A stretch of DNA of 64,000 bases from an uncultured Nitrospiraceae bacterium (GTDB lineage Bacteria > Nitrospirota > UBA9217): the NCBI GenBank assembly GCA_964447405.1, contig CAYUSP010000003.1:691723-755722 (forward strand). Direction: 5' to 3'. Below are positions 8,777 to 18,583 of this stretch, piece after piece (position 1 is the stretch's first letter; each line of letters opens with the position of its first letter). The position numbers and the translations under genes were made by a program. The notes under the pieces are model-generated. The model saw only the letters and a program-made list of their open reading frames with translations. It made no database searches and was not told the DNA's origin.

Positions 8777-9961
8777 ATGCTGGCCGACAAAAACGTTCTC
8801 TCTGGACTGGATCTCATTGACAAACAGTGGCCCCGGGACCTCAAAGGCGCGCGTGTCGGGCTCGTCGTGCATCCCGCTTCCGTGAACCGCAACCTGCAGC
8901 ACGCGGTCACAATATGCATGAGGTCGAAGCGCTTCGAGCTCACTACGCTCTTCGGCCCGCAACACGGGATCCTCGGGCAGACCCAGGACAATATGATCGA
9001 ATGGGAGGGTTTCAAAGACCAGTCCACCGGCCTCCCTGTTTACAGTTTATACGGTAAATTCCGCAAACCTCGCCCTGAGATGTTGGCGAACATTGATGTT
9101 CTGGTGGTCGACCTTCAGGATGTGGGGAGCAAATATTATACGTTCATCTGGACATTGGAACTCTGCATGCAAGCGTGCAGGAGCGCGGGCAAGGCCGTGA
9201 TTGTCCTGGACCGGCCCAATCCGATAAATGGGCAGAGCGTTGAAGGGCCGCTCCTGAATCCCGAATACGCGTCCTTTGTCGGGCTTCGTCCCCTTCCCAT
9301 CCGCCACGGCATGACCATCGGAGAGATCGGATCCTATCTCAGAAACACATTCCATGCCGGGCTGGACTACCGTGTCATCGCCATGCAGGGATGGAAGCGC
9401 GGCATGTGGTTTGAACAGACAAAACTGCCCTGGGTAATGCCCTCACCTAACATGCCGACACCCGATACGGCTCTGGTCTATCCCGGCATGTGCCTGTTCG
9501 AGGCCACGAACATCTCGGAAGGCAGGGGTACCACGCGGCCCTTCGAGATCTTCGGTGCACCGTTCATCATTGCCGAGGCTATTGTGGACGTTCTCAAAGA
9601 ATTCAAGCTGCCTGGCGTGATCTTCCGCCCCCTCTCGTTCCAGCCCACGTTCCAGAAACACGCGAACGCACTCTGCAACGGCGCTCAGATCCATGTAACG
9701 AACCGTGACAGGTTCAAACCATTCAAGACCGGAGTAGCGATCCTGAAAGCCATCCACAATACGTATCCCCGCGACTTCAAGTGGAACCAGCCTCCCTATG
9801 AATATGAAGAAGTGAACCTTCCTATCGACATCCTGGCGGGAAGCGATCGGCTGCGCAAGGACGTCGAATCATGGAAGGACATTGATGATATGGAAGCGTG
9901 GTGGAAGGAAGAAGCGAAGGCGTTTGAAAAAACAAGGAAGCAATTCTTGCTCTATAAATAG
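8777..9961 (+). CDS. namZ: DUF1343 family exo-beta-N-acetylmuramidase (NamZ/YbbC-like)
   Basis: Overall DUF1343 architecture. Start chosen at MLADKNV... Adjacent to the MurNAc kinase/uridylyltransferase gene. Confidence 0.65.
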   Translation: MLADKNVLSGLDLIDKQWPRDLKGARVGLVVHPASVNRNLQHAVTICMRSKRFELTTLFGPQHGILGQTQDNMIEWEGFKDQSTGLPVYSLYGKFRKPRPEMLANIDVLVVDLQDVGSKYYTFIWTLELCMQACRSAGKAVIVLDRPNPINGQSVEGPLLNPEYASFVGLRPLPIRHGMTIGEIGSYLRNTFHAGLDYRVIAMQGWKRGMWFEQTKLPWVMPSPNMPTPDTALVYPGMCLFEATNISEGRGTTRPFEIFGAPFIIAEAIVDVLKEFKLPGVIFRPLSFQPTFQKHANALCNGAQIHVTNRDRFKPFKTGVAILKAIHNTYPRDFKWNQPPYEYEEVNLPIDILAGSDRLRKDVESWKDIDDMEAWWKEEAKAFEKTRKQFLLYK

Positions 9962-9962
9962 A

Positions 9963-10097
9963 ACCATTTCACCGCAGAGGACGCAGAGGGGAAGCATGGC
10001 GAGGAAGGCAACGGCGGGCAAGGCATTAAGCTTTGTTTAAAAACCAGAAATAATTTTGAATTAAGATTTCCTTGGAGTTGATTTCCTCTGCTTCCTC
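9963..10097. repeat. Gene-less inverted-repeat pair ACCGCAGAGGACGCAGAGG / CCTCTGCTTCCTCTGCGGT (empty copy of the cassette seen at 12363-12843)
   Basis: 19-mer at 9963-9981 and its reverse complement (1 mismatch) at 10079-10097, enclosing ~97 bp with no ORF. Confidence 0.75.
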
Positions 10098-10114
10098 TGC
10101 GGTAACAATTATTT

Positions 10115-12091
10115 ATGCCTGAATTCAATCTCAACATTTTCCTCCCCGCAGCTGGCCTCGGTGAACGGCTCAGACCGATCACGAACCACATTCCCAAACC
10201 GCTCCTTCCGATACTCGGCAAGCCAATCATCGAAGGCATTCTCGATAAACTCACTCTTGTCTGCAACGGCAGCATAGGGATTAACCTCCACTACAAGCCG
10301 GATATGCTACGCGAATGGGCTGTACGATCTACCTGGGCTGACCGCATATCATTCTTTCCCGAGGACCCGATCCTCGGGACCGGCGGCGCGCTTAAGAACG
10401 CGGAGTCATTTCTCTCCAGCAGGAACTTCATCGTCCACAACTCAGACATCCTCCTTGATATCAACTTCACCCGCCTGATCGAAGAGCACCTCTCTTCAGG
10501 TAATATCGCCACACTTGTATGCCACCGTTTGCCGGAGCTTGCCAACGTCGTGATCGATACACACGGCCAGGTCCTGGATGTAGAAAACCCGGGAGCATCA
10601 AAACCGGACGCATCGACCACTGCGGACAAGGTCGCCTATACCGGCGTCGCAATCTACTCACCGGACATATTGCAGTTTCTGCCATCCGGCGTTTCACATG
10701 CCACGGTCGCGTGGATAGCCGCGTCCAAGGCTGGTTTTCGAGTGCGCGCCTGGGATGTCACCGGCTCGTACTGGAACGACGTGGGAAATCCAGTGACCTA
10801 TGCACGAGGTGTACTGGACGCCCTGCGTGAAAACGGGGAAATGGTGCATGTCTCCCCTGCGGCACGATGCGGGAACATCCTGAGCGACGGTTATCTGGTG
10901 CTCGAGTCAAACGGGGAAGTACAGGACAGCTCCCGGCTCAGGAATTGTATTGTGATGCCCGGGGCAAACGTTTCCGGCAGTCATGCGGACTGCATTCTCG
11001 GTCCGGACTACGCGGTCGCACTTACGGAATCCGACATGCAGCCGTCGGTCCATGCGGCGGAAAAGAAACGCGTATTGCTGAACGATCCGCTTTTCTCGTC
11101 GCACTTTGGGATTCACGCCATGAGCAACTGCACAGCTGCAACTCCCAACTCGCCATTCTGGTCCGACGCAATCCTGATAGGACTCGGCGGCTCGGATAGG
11201 CGCTATTTCCGCGTACGGAACAATGGTAAGACCGCGGTCCTCATGGAGTGCCGGCAGGATGATCCGGACTATGATCGCCATTTGATTTACACCAGGTTCT
11301 TTAAAGAACATACCGTGCCCGTGCCTGAGCTCATTGCATCAGACACTGAGGGCAAACGTGCCCTGTTCGAGGACCTCGGAGACACATCGTTGTACTCATA
11401 CCTGAAGCTTCCGCACGCGGCTTATGCAGTCGAGGAAGTCTATCGGAAGGTGCTCGACATCCTGGTGCAGCTCCACACCAGGGTCACGAATCATGTATAC
11501 GGGTGCCCGACACTCAGTGCGCGAGTATTCGACTATGATCATTTACGGTGGGAAACAGGTTATTTTATGGAGCGGCTCGTCACCGGACTGAAAGATATCG
11601 CGGCGTTTGATCGGGCGGCACTGGACAACGAATTCCACCGGCTTGCGGAGCGGACAGCTGCGTTGCCCAAAAGCGTGATCCACCGGGATTTTCAATGCCA
11701 GAATATCATGATCACGGATGGAGACATGCCGCGCGTAATCGATTTCCAGGGCGCACGCATGGCGCCGCCAGGTTATGATGTCGCATCCATGCTGTGGGAC
11801 CCGTACCACCGGCTGGATGAAGGCGTCCGGGAGCGCCTTATTGGTTATTATGTGGCGGAAATGAAGAAATGTTCGGAAAATTTCGATGAGCAGGCTTTTT
11901 TGAACAGCCTGATCCCCTGCCGGCTTCAGAGACATATGCAGGCTTTGGGTGCATTTGGATTTTTGTCTGTGGTCAAGGGGAAAAAATATTTCCGCAAGCA
12001 CATACCCGAGGCAATGCGACTGTTGAAAGAGGAGACTATCCTGGTCAAGGAAGAATTTCCGACGCTGGCATTGCTCGCGTCAACACTCTGA
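10115..12091 (+). CDS. Fused MurNAc-1-P/sugar-1-P nucleotidyltransferase (MurU-like, N-term) plus anomeric sugar kinase (AmgK-like, APH fold, C-term)
   Basis: N-term LPAAGLGERLRPIT...PKPLLPILGKPII (NTP-transferase). C-term IHRDFQCQNIMI...VIDFQGARMAPPGYDVASML (AmgK/APH kinase motifs). Confidence 0.7.
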   Translation: MPEFNLNIFLPAAGLGERLRPITNHIPKPLLPILGKPIIEGILDKLTLVCNGSIGINLHYKPDMLREWAVRSTWADRISFFPEDPILGTGGALKNAESFLSSRNFIVHNSDILLDINFTRLIEEHLSSGNIATLVCHRLPELANVVIDTHGQVLDVENPGASKPDASTTADKVAYTGVAIYSPDILQFLPSGVSHATVAWIAASKAGFRVRAWDVTGSYWNDVGNPVTYARGVLDALRENGEMVHVSPAARCGNILSDGYLVLESNGEVQDSSRLRNCIVMPGANVSGSHADCILGPDYAVALTESDMQPSVHAAEKKRVLLNDPLFSSHFGIHAMSNCTAATPNSPFWSDAILIGLGGSDRRYFRVRNNGKTAVLMECRQDDPDYDRHLIYTRFFKEHTVPVPELIASDTEGKRALFEDLGDTSLYSYLKLPHAAYAVEEVYRKVLDILVQLHTRVTNHVYGCPTLSARVFDYDHLRWETGYFMERLVTGLKDIAAFDRAALDNEFHRLAERTAALPKSVIHRDFQCQNIMITDGDMPRVIDFQGARMAPPGYDVASMLWDPYHRLDEGVRERLIGYYVAEMKKCSENFDEQAFLNSLIPCRLQRHMQALGAFGFLSVVKGKKYFRKHIPEAMRLLKEETILVKEEFPTLALLASTL

Positions 12092-12334
12092 TACAATCGG
12101 CTGTGCGCCTCTATCCCTCATTGCTTTCTCCACTGCCGTGATTTGCTCGTTAAGCAACTTGCACTCTTCCTCGTATTCCGTGGTCAAATTCTGCGCTTTT
12201 TCGGCGCCGATGTGCACCGAGGTCTTCACGAAGGTGAATGAGTGCATGTCCTGCAGGTCGCACAGGTTATCCTTCAACCGCTTGAGCTCGGCTTTGAGTT
12301 CGTCGAAGGACATATCGTTATAATTCTTTGTCAT
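12080..12334 (-). CDS. Small coiled-coil hypothetical protein (84 aa)
   Basis: MTKNYNDMSFDELKAELKRLKDNL... Convergent with, and 12 bp overlapping, the MurU/AmgK gene. Confidence 0.35.
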   Translation of the reverse strand: MTKNYNDMSFDELKAELKRLKDNLCDLQDMHSFTFVKTSVHIGAEKAQNLTTEYEEECKLLNEQITAVEKAMRDRGAQPIVSEC

Positions 12335-12362
12335 AACACAAACCTCAAAACCTTTTTTTACC

Positions 12363-12843
12363 GCAGAGGACGCAGAGGAAGTCAAACCCGCTGGCCTATA
12401 ATCCGTTGGCGACTCTCTTAATGCCATCTTTCAAATGAACAACATTGAAGTTTATTAATAGCCCAAGCTTTTTATTGCTTAATTTCAGGTATGAAAGAAT
12501 TTGTGCTTCATGAATCGGCAATATTTTCTCAACTGCCTTCAATTCAACGATAACACAATTGTCAAGCATAAGGTCTATTCTATATCCGGCATCGATCTTC
12601 AAGCCATCATACAGGATCGGCAAGGCCATTTGAGAAAGCACGGTTAATCCGAGCTTTCGTAGTTCATGCAGCAAACATGCTTCATACGCGCTTTCCAGCA
12701 AACCAGGACCCAAAGCTGAATGAACTTTCATTGCAGCTTCAATAATCTTACCACTAACCCCATTTATATCCATTTATTCCAGACCTCCTGTCTATCCTGC
12801 CAGTTTTTGACCTCCTCGCCTCTCACCCTCTGCGTCCTCTGCG
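12363..12843. mobile_element. Mini-cassette bounded by a perfect 19-bp terminal inverted repeat ACCGCAGAGGACGCAGAGG, carrying one GxxExxY gene
   Basis: IR at 12363-12381 and its exact reverse complement at 12825-12843. The same IR occurs as a gene-less pair at 9963-10097. Confidence 0.65.
12396..12773 (-). CDS. GxxExxY family protein (PD-(D/E)XK-like fold)
   Basis: 125 aa. ...CVIVELKAVEKILPIHEAQILSYLKLS... matches the GxxExxY signature (G..E..Y region near the C-terminus). Confidence 0.75.
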   Translation of the reverse strand: MDINGVSGKIIEAAMKVHSALGPGLLESAYEACLLHELRKLGLTVLSQMALPILYDGLKIDAGYRIDLMLDNCVIVELKAVEKILPIHEAQILSYLKLSNKKLGLLINFNVVHLKDGIKRVANGL

Positions 12844-12851
12844 GTGAAAGA

Positions 12852-14270
12852 TTATCTGAATCTCTCCAGATACACCAGCGCCTCCTGCCTGGTCGCGATA
12901 ACTCCCTCTGCCTGCTTCTCCTTAATCTCCTCCAGAATCTCGCGAAACCGCGGACCCGGTGTAAGTCCAATCCCGATGAGGTCCTCACCCCTTATCAGTG
13001 GTTTCTCTTCGACCTTCAGGAATTTTGAAAAGTAGAATTCCAGGACCGCAGCCATGGTCTTCGAGGTGTCCGTAAACTTTTCCCTGGGCATGATCTCGAA
13101 TGTAGCGCGCGCGTCCGCCTGGGCAAGGAGCAGACTCTCCGGCACAGACTCTCCGAGATCGCGGCAGTAGCGGTACATGGCGTTTCTTCCCGGACCGCCT
13201 GGAGCGGAAAGATTAAACAGCCTCATGTGCTGTTTGATGACCCGGGTGACCGCTTTTTCCGTGTCTTTCGAGAGCTTCAATCGCCGGCAAATGCCCGCCG
13301 CCTTGTCCGCGCCCAGATTGTCGTGTCCATGGAACCGGACATGGCCGTCCGCATTCGTGAACGTCTCGGGCTTTGCATTATCATGGATAAGACAGGCGAA
13401 TCTGAGCGCTGCCTTTCTCGTGACCTGGTGTTCGAGCAGCTCATCGAGGTGCGCCAGTATAGCAGCTGCATGCTCTGGTGGAAGTGACTGCAGATCATCC
13501 AGTACCGCATCGATATACCCCGCTGTTTTTATGGAATGGGTCAGGACATCATGGACATGGTACCTGCCGGGAGCAAAGCCGCGGAGCGTTTCGAGTTCCG
13601 GCAGAAGCGGCGCGAGAAGACCAAGTGAATCCAGGAGCGTGAGATGCTGTTCAGCATTCCGTTCGGCAAGGATGATAAAGAGCTCATCCCGAACGCGTTC
13701 TGGAGCTGGCCGCGATATCAGGCTTGCGCGCTGCCGGATGTGCTCCGCAGTCGATGCCTCGATCGTACATCCCAACGCAGCAGCAAATCGCACTGCGCGC
13801 AAAAGACGAAGAGGGTCCTCATCCAGAACCTCCGGACTTGTCACGCGAATGACCCTGTTCTCCGCATCCTTTTTACCATGAAAGAGATCGATCAGTCCTG
13901 CAAGAGACTGATCACGCATGAACTCCCGCAGGTCAAGCGCCATGGCATTGATGGTGAAATCCCGACGGCCAAGATCGGCCTGCAGGTCAGGACCTTCGAA
14001 GTTCGTAAAATCGAACTGAAAGGAGCCATCGTTCTCATACTTCATGACGCGCGTTATCTTTCGATCTTCGTCCAGGAAAAAAAAACTGCCCTGAATCAGA
14101 TCAGCGAACGTGCGCGCCACAGCCTCCGAGCCTTCAGGCATGAGCAGGTCTATGTCCTTGAGGTCCTGTTTGCCTATCAGGAGGTCGCGGATAGCTCCGC
14201 CGACGAGATAGATGGGTTGGGGAGTTAATGAAAGCAGCTTGGCAAGATATTTCGAAGCGAGAGCATCCAT
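12852..14270 (-). CDS. cca: CCA-adding tRNA nucleotidyltransferase / poly(A) polymerase family with HD domain
   Basis: LVGGAIRDLLIGKQDLKDIDLL head domain. HD phosphohydrolase motifs downstream. Confidence 0.8.
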   Translation of the reverse strand: MDALASKYLAKLLSLTPQPIYLVGGAIRDLLIGKQDLKDIDLLMPEGSEAVARTFADLIQGSFFFLDEDRKITRVMKYENDGSFQFDFTNFEGPDLQADLGRRDFTINAMALDLREFMRDQSLAGLIDLFHGKKDAENRVIRVTSPEVLDEDPLRLLRAVRFAAALGCTIEASTAEHIRQRASLISRPAPERVRDELFIILAERNAEQHLTLLDSLGLLAPLLPELETLRGFAPGRYHVHDVLTHSIKTAGYIDAVLDDLQSLPPEHAAAILAHLDELLEHQVTRKAALRFACLIHDNAKPETFTNADGHVRFHGHDNLGADKAAGICRRLKLSKDTEKAVTRVIKQHMRLFNLSAPGGPGRNAMYRYCRDLGESVPESLLLAQADARATFEIMPREKFTDTSKTMAAVLEFYFSKFLKVEEKPLIRGEDLIGIGLTPGPRFREILEEIKEKQAEGVIATRQEALVYLERFR

Positions 14271-14329
14271 GGCTGATACTTATGTATAGCAGAAAAACGC
14301 ATCACTTTCAGCGCAGCATTTCTGTCAGA

Positions 14330-15025
14330 TCATTCCCCGGTCGTTGCTTCCTGAGGTTCCTCACCCGTGATCTGCCTGATGTCCTTCAGCCGTTTTTTCC
14401 TGTCTTCCCGCACAACATACCAGTCATGAATGAGCGTCTCGATCAGGCCGATCAGGAGCTTTTCCTCGCCGGAGTCGGTGTCCTGAATTGCGGCCCCCTC
14501 ACTCTCCATCCGAGCTCCGATCATGCCGCTCCTGCGCACAGACTCGATGGCCTCCCAGGTGAGCGGGTCCACCGTGCCCTTGACCTGGCGGAATTCGTCA
14601 TTGAGACTGCCGGGTTGGACCTGCCAGAAATCACGAAGCATTGCGGAGAGGCAGCGCCGCGACAGGGCTGCAGCCACTTTGGGGCTGAACTCGGCGGCAA
14701 AACAAGCTTCCTGATAATCTTCGAGAATATTATGCGGAAGGGTTGTAGGAAAAGACCGGGCTCGTGAAGGCGGAATGAGCGGCCAGGTCTTGATGTGCTT
14801 ACCCGTGTAAGACCGGTGGTGGCCCGATGTCTCAAGGGTGTGCAGCGAAGCATTCAGGGAGAACCGGCGGCATTTCGGATTGGGGCAAACCACATACTTC
14901 ACCACCAGGCGGCGCGGTCCGTCTGCGTTTTCCCCGGTGAGATCAGCAAAGCTTACCTGACGGTCCGCATCGGACACGGTCTGGTCCGTGCCACAGAACG
15001 CGCAATTCCAGAAATATTCACCCAT
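14330..15025 (-). CDS. Zinc-ribbon plus DUF4145 (HEPN-like) domain protein
   Basis: N-term CAFCGT...CPNPKC four-Cys ribbon. C-term ILEDYQEACFAAEFSPKVAAALSRRCLSAMLRD ... EKLLIGLIETLIHDWYV resembles the DUF4145 pattern. Confidence 0.5.
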   Translation of the reverse strand: MGEYFWNCAFCGTDQTVSDADRQVSFADLTGENADGPRRLVVKYVVCPNPKCRRFSLNASLHTLETSGHHRSYTGKHIKTWPLIPPSRARSFPTTLPHNILEDYQEACFAAEFSPKVAAALSRRCLSAMLRDFWQVQPGSLNDEFRQVKGTVDPLTWEAIESVRRSGMIGARMESEGAAIQDTDSGEEKLLIGLIETLIHDWYVVREDRKKRLKDIRQITGEEPQEATTGE

Positions 15026-15051
15026 GGCTTCCCTCCCTGATATGCATTCCC

Positions 15052-16134
15052 TTACTCCGCGAGCAGTGCCCGCAGATGCTGTTCCTCCCATTCCCTGGTG
15101 ACTACAACCTCGCCTATCTTAGTCGGCAGAACGAATTTAACTTTTCCCCCTTCTGCCTTTTTGTCGATCTGCATCGTTTCCATGAGTTCCGTCACGGACG
15201 GTTTTCGGCTGAGTGAAGACAGACTGGCCGGCAGTCCAAAGGAGGTGACGAGTTTTTCCACTCGCCCGGGGACCGACGAATCGCAGAAACCCGCTTTATG
15301 AGCAAGCCGCGACGCATAGACCATGCCGATGGCCGCAGCATGGCCATGGCGCATGGTGTAGTTCTCCGCAGTTTCAATCGCATGCCCCACGGTGTGGCCA
15401 AAGTTCAGGACCGCACGAAGCCCGCCCTCGCGCTCATCCCTGCTCACAACGTCTGCTTTGATCTCGCAGGACCGGCTGATGATATGGTTCAGTGCGTCAG
15501 CATCCAGCGAGAGGATCCTGTCGCGGTTTTGTTCGAGATATACGAAGAAGGCGCTGTCCCGGATCACTCCGTACTTGATCACTTCGGCCATTCCCGAGAG
15601 CAGCTCCTCGCGGGGAAGGGTCTTCAGCACTTCGAGGTCCATCAGCACTTTTTGTGGCTGATAAAATGCGCCGATCATGTTCTTGCCCATGCTATGGTTC
15701 ACGCCGGTTTTGCCGCCCACGCTGCTGTCCACCATGGCGAGGAGCGATGTGGGGACCTGAATAAATGGCACGCCGCGCATGAAGGTCGCGGCTGCGAAGC
15801 CGGTGAGATCGCCTATCACTCCGCCGCCCAAAGCTACGAGCGCGGAATTTCTGTCGAAGCTGTTGATCAGGAGCGCAGTGTAGATGGCATTCGCCCAATC
15901 AAGGTTCTTGTACTGCTCCCCGTCCGGCACCTCGATGGACATGACCGTGAATCCCGCGTTTTTAAGGCTGTCCGCGGCGCGTTTGCCGTACAGGCCCTTG
16001 ACCAGGGGATTCGTAACCAGGGCCATCTTTCTGCCGAGGCCCAGACCCTGCAGGCGGGCGCCGATATTGTCCAAGCTTGAACCGATCTCGATGTCATAGC
16101 TCCGGTCGCCGAGGTTGACACTAACAGTATGCAT
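15052..16134 (-). CDS. aroB: 3-dehydroquinate synthase
   Basis: LGGGVIGDLTGFAAATFMRGVPFIQVPTSLLAMVDSSVGGKTGVNH. Confidence 0.9.
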   Translation of the reverse strand: MHTVSVNLGDRSYDIEIGSSLDNIGARLQGLGLGRKMALVTNPLVKGLYGKRAADSLKNAGFTVMSIEVPDGEQYKNLDWANAIYTALLINSFDRNSALVALGGGVIGDLTGFAAATFMRGVPFIQVPTSLLAMVDSSVGGKTGVNHSMGKNMIGAFYQPQKVLMDLEVLKTLPREELLSGMAEVIKYGVIRDSAFFVYLEQNRDRILSLDADALNHIISRSCEIKADVVSRDEREGGLRAVLNFGHTVGHAIETAENYTMRHGHAAAIGMVYASRLAHKAGFCDSSVPGRVEKLVTSFGLPASLSSLSRKPSVTELMETMQIDKKAEGGKVKFVLPTKIGEVVVTREWEEQHLRALLAE

Positions 16135-16636
16135 ATTTAATTCTCTCTTTGATCTCTTGAATAACGTCCACCACGGACTTTTGGGACGTGTCGATGATCA
16201 CATCTGCCTGTGCGTAGAATTTTTCCCGGCTGTCGAGGAGTTCCTTGATGCGGGCCTTGGGATCAGGGGTCTGAAGCAGGGGGCGATGGGTTTCATGCTT
16301 GATCCGCTCGTAGATAACTTCGGGCCGGGCTGACAGGCAAACGACAAAGCCAGCCTTCCTGAATGCCTGCCGGTTCGTTTCCCGTATCACCGCGCCGCCG
16401 CCCGTGGACACTACCTGGCCTTCCTTCTCCATGACCTCATGAATGATCTTTTCTTCGATATCACGAAAATAGGGTTCACCGTGTGTTGAAAAAATCGAGC
16501 TAATGGTCATCCGCTGGTCTGCTTCAATGAGGAGGTCAGTGTCAACGAACTCATAACCCAGATCCTTTGCAAGCCGGGTGCCTACGCTGGTCTTGCCCAC
16601 GCCCATGAAACCAGTGAGAATGATATTATTGAACAT
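16121..16636 (-). CDS. aroK: Shikimate kinase
   Basis: Walker A GFMGVGKTSVG. 171 aa. Confidence 0.85.
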   Translation of the reverse strand: MFNNIILTGFMGVGKTSVGTRLAKDLGYEFVDTDLLIEADQRMTISSIFSTHGEPYFRDIEEKIIHEVMEKEGQVVSTGGGAVIRETNRQAFRKAGFVVCLSARPEVIYERIKHETHRPLLQTPDPKARIKELLDSREKFYAQADVIIDTSQKSVVDVIQEIKERIKYAYC

Positions 16637-16689
16637 ACTATTGATAAGAGGGAAACGTCGGTGAAGGATTCTATCTTACTTCTATCTTC

Positions 16690-17877
16690 TTACCTCTTCG
16701 CCTGCTCCTCTTCCCTCTCCATGCGAGCGTTCAGCTGTTTGTTGAACATATGATAGTTGCGTTTCATTTCCTCGATGCTGTCGCCGCCGAACTTGTCGAT
16801 CATGGCCGCTGCGATCTCGAAGGCAACCACTGCTTCCGCCACTACTCCTGCCGCGGGCACGGCGCAGACATCGGAGCGGTGCACGCTTGCCTTGAACGGC
16901 GTCTTGCTTACCAGATCAACGGAACGGAGCGGCTTCATCAGTGTGGGGATCGGCTTCATTGCCGCCCGAAGCGTTATGATCTCACCGTTGCTGATGCCGC
17001 CCTCGATCCCGCCCGCCAGATTGGTCTTGCGATAGAAACCGTCCTTCTTGTTCCACAATATCTCATCATGTACCTGGGATCCGGGCTTGTTGGCTGCACC
17101 GAATCCCGCACCGACCTCTACTCCCTTGATGGCCTGAATGCTCATGAGTGCGGCGGCAAGCCTGCTGTCGAGCTTCCGGTCCCAGTGCACGTGGCTGCCA
17201 AGTCCCATGGGCACACCGGTGATAAGCACCTCGAACACGCCACCCAGCGAGTCACCGGCCGCCCGTGCTTCATCGATCCGGCGCATCATGCGCTTCTCGG
17301 CCTCATGGTCAGCGCACCGCAGCTCCGATGCTTCCGCTTTTTTCCTGGTCTCTGCTGGTGCCATGGGTACCTTGGCATGGACATTCCCTATCGACAGCAC
17401 GTGGCTTATAACATCGATCCCAAATTCCTCAAGCAGCCTTTTTGCCACGGCACCTACAGCGACCCGCATGGCGGTCTCGCGTGCGCTCGACCTCTCCAGA
17501 ACGTTTCTTATGTCCGTGAATCCGTACTTCATGGCGCCGGCAAGGTCCGCATGGCCGGGACGGGGGCGGGTCACGGGGTCAGCAGAATTCAGGAACATGG
17601 GATCTGGTGACATCTTGTCGCGCCAGTTCTCCCAGTCCTTGTTGCGGACCATGAGGCCAAGAGGGCTGCCGAGCGTCTTTCCCCAGCGGACACCGGTGTA
17701 GATCTTGACCGTATCCTTTTCGATCTTCATCCGGTCACCGCGTCCGTATCCACCCTGCCTTCGGGCAAGATCACTATCTATATCCGTGACTCGTATCAGA
17801 AGGCCCGCTGGCAAGCCCTCAATAATGCCCATGAGCAGCTCGCCGTGCGATTCCCCAGCAGTCAGATAACGCAGCAT
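16690..17877 (-). CDS. aroC: Chorismate synthase
   Basis: [12 protein letters not shown]... Full-length AroC signature. Confidence 0.9.
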   Translation of the reverse strand: MLRYLTAGESHGELLMGIIEGLPAGLLIRVTDIDSDLARRQGGYGRGDRMKIEKDTVKIYTGVRWGKTLGSPLGLMVRNKDWENWRDKMSPDPMFLNSADPVTRPRPGHADLAGAMKYGFTDIRNVLERSSARETAMRVAVGAVAKRLLEEFGIDVISHVLSIGNVHAKVPMAPAETRKKAEASELRCADHEAEKRMMRRIDEARAAGDSLGGVFEVLITGVPMGLGSHVHWDRKLDSRLAAALMSIQAIKGVEVGAGFGAANKPGSQVHDEILWNKKDGFYRKTNLAGGIEGGISNGEIITLRAAMKPIPTLMKPLRSVDLVSKTPFKASVHRSDVCAVPAAGVVAEAVVAFEIAAAMIDKFGGDSIEEMKRNYHMFNKQLNARMEREEEQAKR

Positions 17878-18105
17878 AAATTATCCCCCCTCCACAAATG
17901 GAACACTTACAGTTCAGCTTTGTTAAAGAAAAATAGCGAAAAAACCCGTAAAATCGCGCTCATCATAGCAAATTTGCAGTAGAAGTGCAATCAAAAGTAT
18001 GGTACTATTCAGCGTATTTTTTGGGTTTTTGGGGGTTTTTTCGCAATAAATTGACCTTCAAAAAATATATCCCATTACAACCGCACTCACGTTAGGATCA
18101 ATATC

Positions 18106-18549
18106 ATGGACTATAGACAGGGAACGTATGGAAGGGTTTTTATTCTCAAATTTGACGATAAAGACGATCTCCTTAAAGAAATCAAGCAATTAGCTGGTAA
18201 AGAAAAAATCCGGGCTGGTACGATAATGCTTCTGGGCGGCATGCGCTCATGCGGTGTCGTCTCCGGTCCCAGGGAACCGGTGATACCACCAGAACCAGTG
18301 TGGTTCAACTTCAATGATGGCAGAGAAGTTCTTGGCTTCGGCACGCTGTTCTGGCAGGAGAATGAGCCAATTATCCATCTGCACGGTGCAATAGGCCGCG
18401 GAAGCGAGACCGTGACCGGATGTATTCGCAAGGACTCACGCGTGTATCTGGTCGTGGAAGCAGTGATCACCGAGATCCTCGGCATAGAAGCCCGCAAAGC
18501 CACGGATGCAAATTCCGGTCTGGTAATGCTGCAATTGGGAAAATCATGA
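18106..18549 (+). CDS. PPC/DUF296 domain protein
   Basis: 147 aa. DUF296-like pattern (GRVFILKFDDKDDLL...GAIG...). Confidence 0.5.
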   Translation: MDYRQGTYGRVFILKFDDKDDLLKEIKQLAGKEKIRAGTIMLLGGMRSCGVVSGPREPVIPPEPVWFNFNDGREVLGFGTLFWQENEPIIHLHGAIGRGSETVTGCIRKDSRVYLVVEAVITEILGIEARKATDANSGLVMLQLGKS

Positions 18550-18583
18550 GTAGTCATCCGCATCGCTTCAAGGGGCGTCAGCC

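Noticed and set aside
17880-18105. T/G-rich run ttttttgggtttttgggggttttttcgc in the aroC / DUF296 divergent region as a structured element or G4
   Set aside because: It has only two G-tracts and no stable stem. It is most simply low-complexity promoter DNA.
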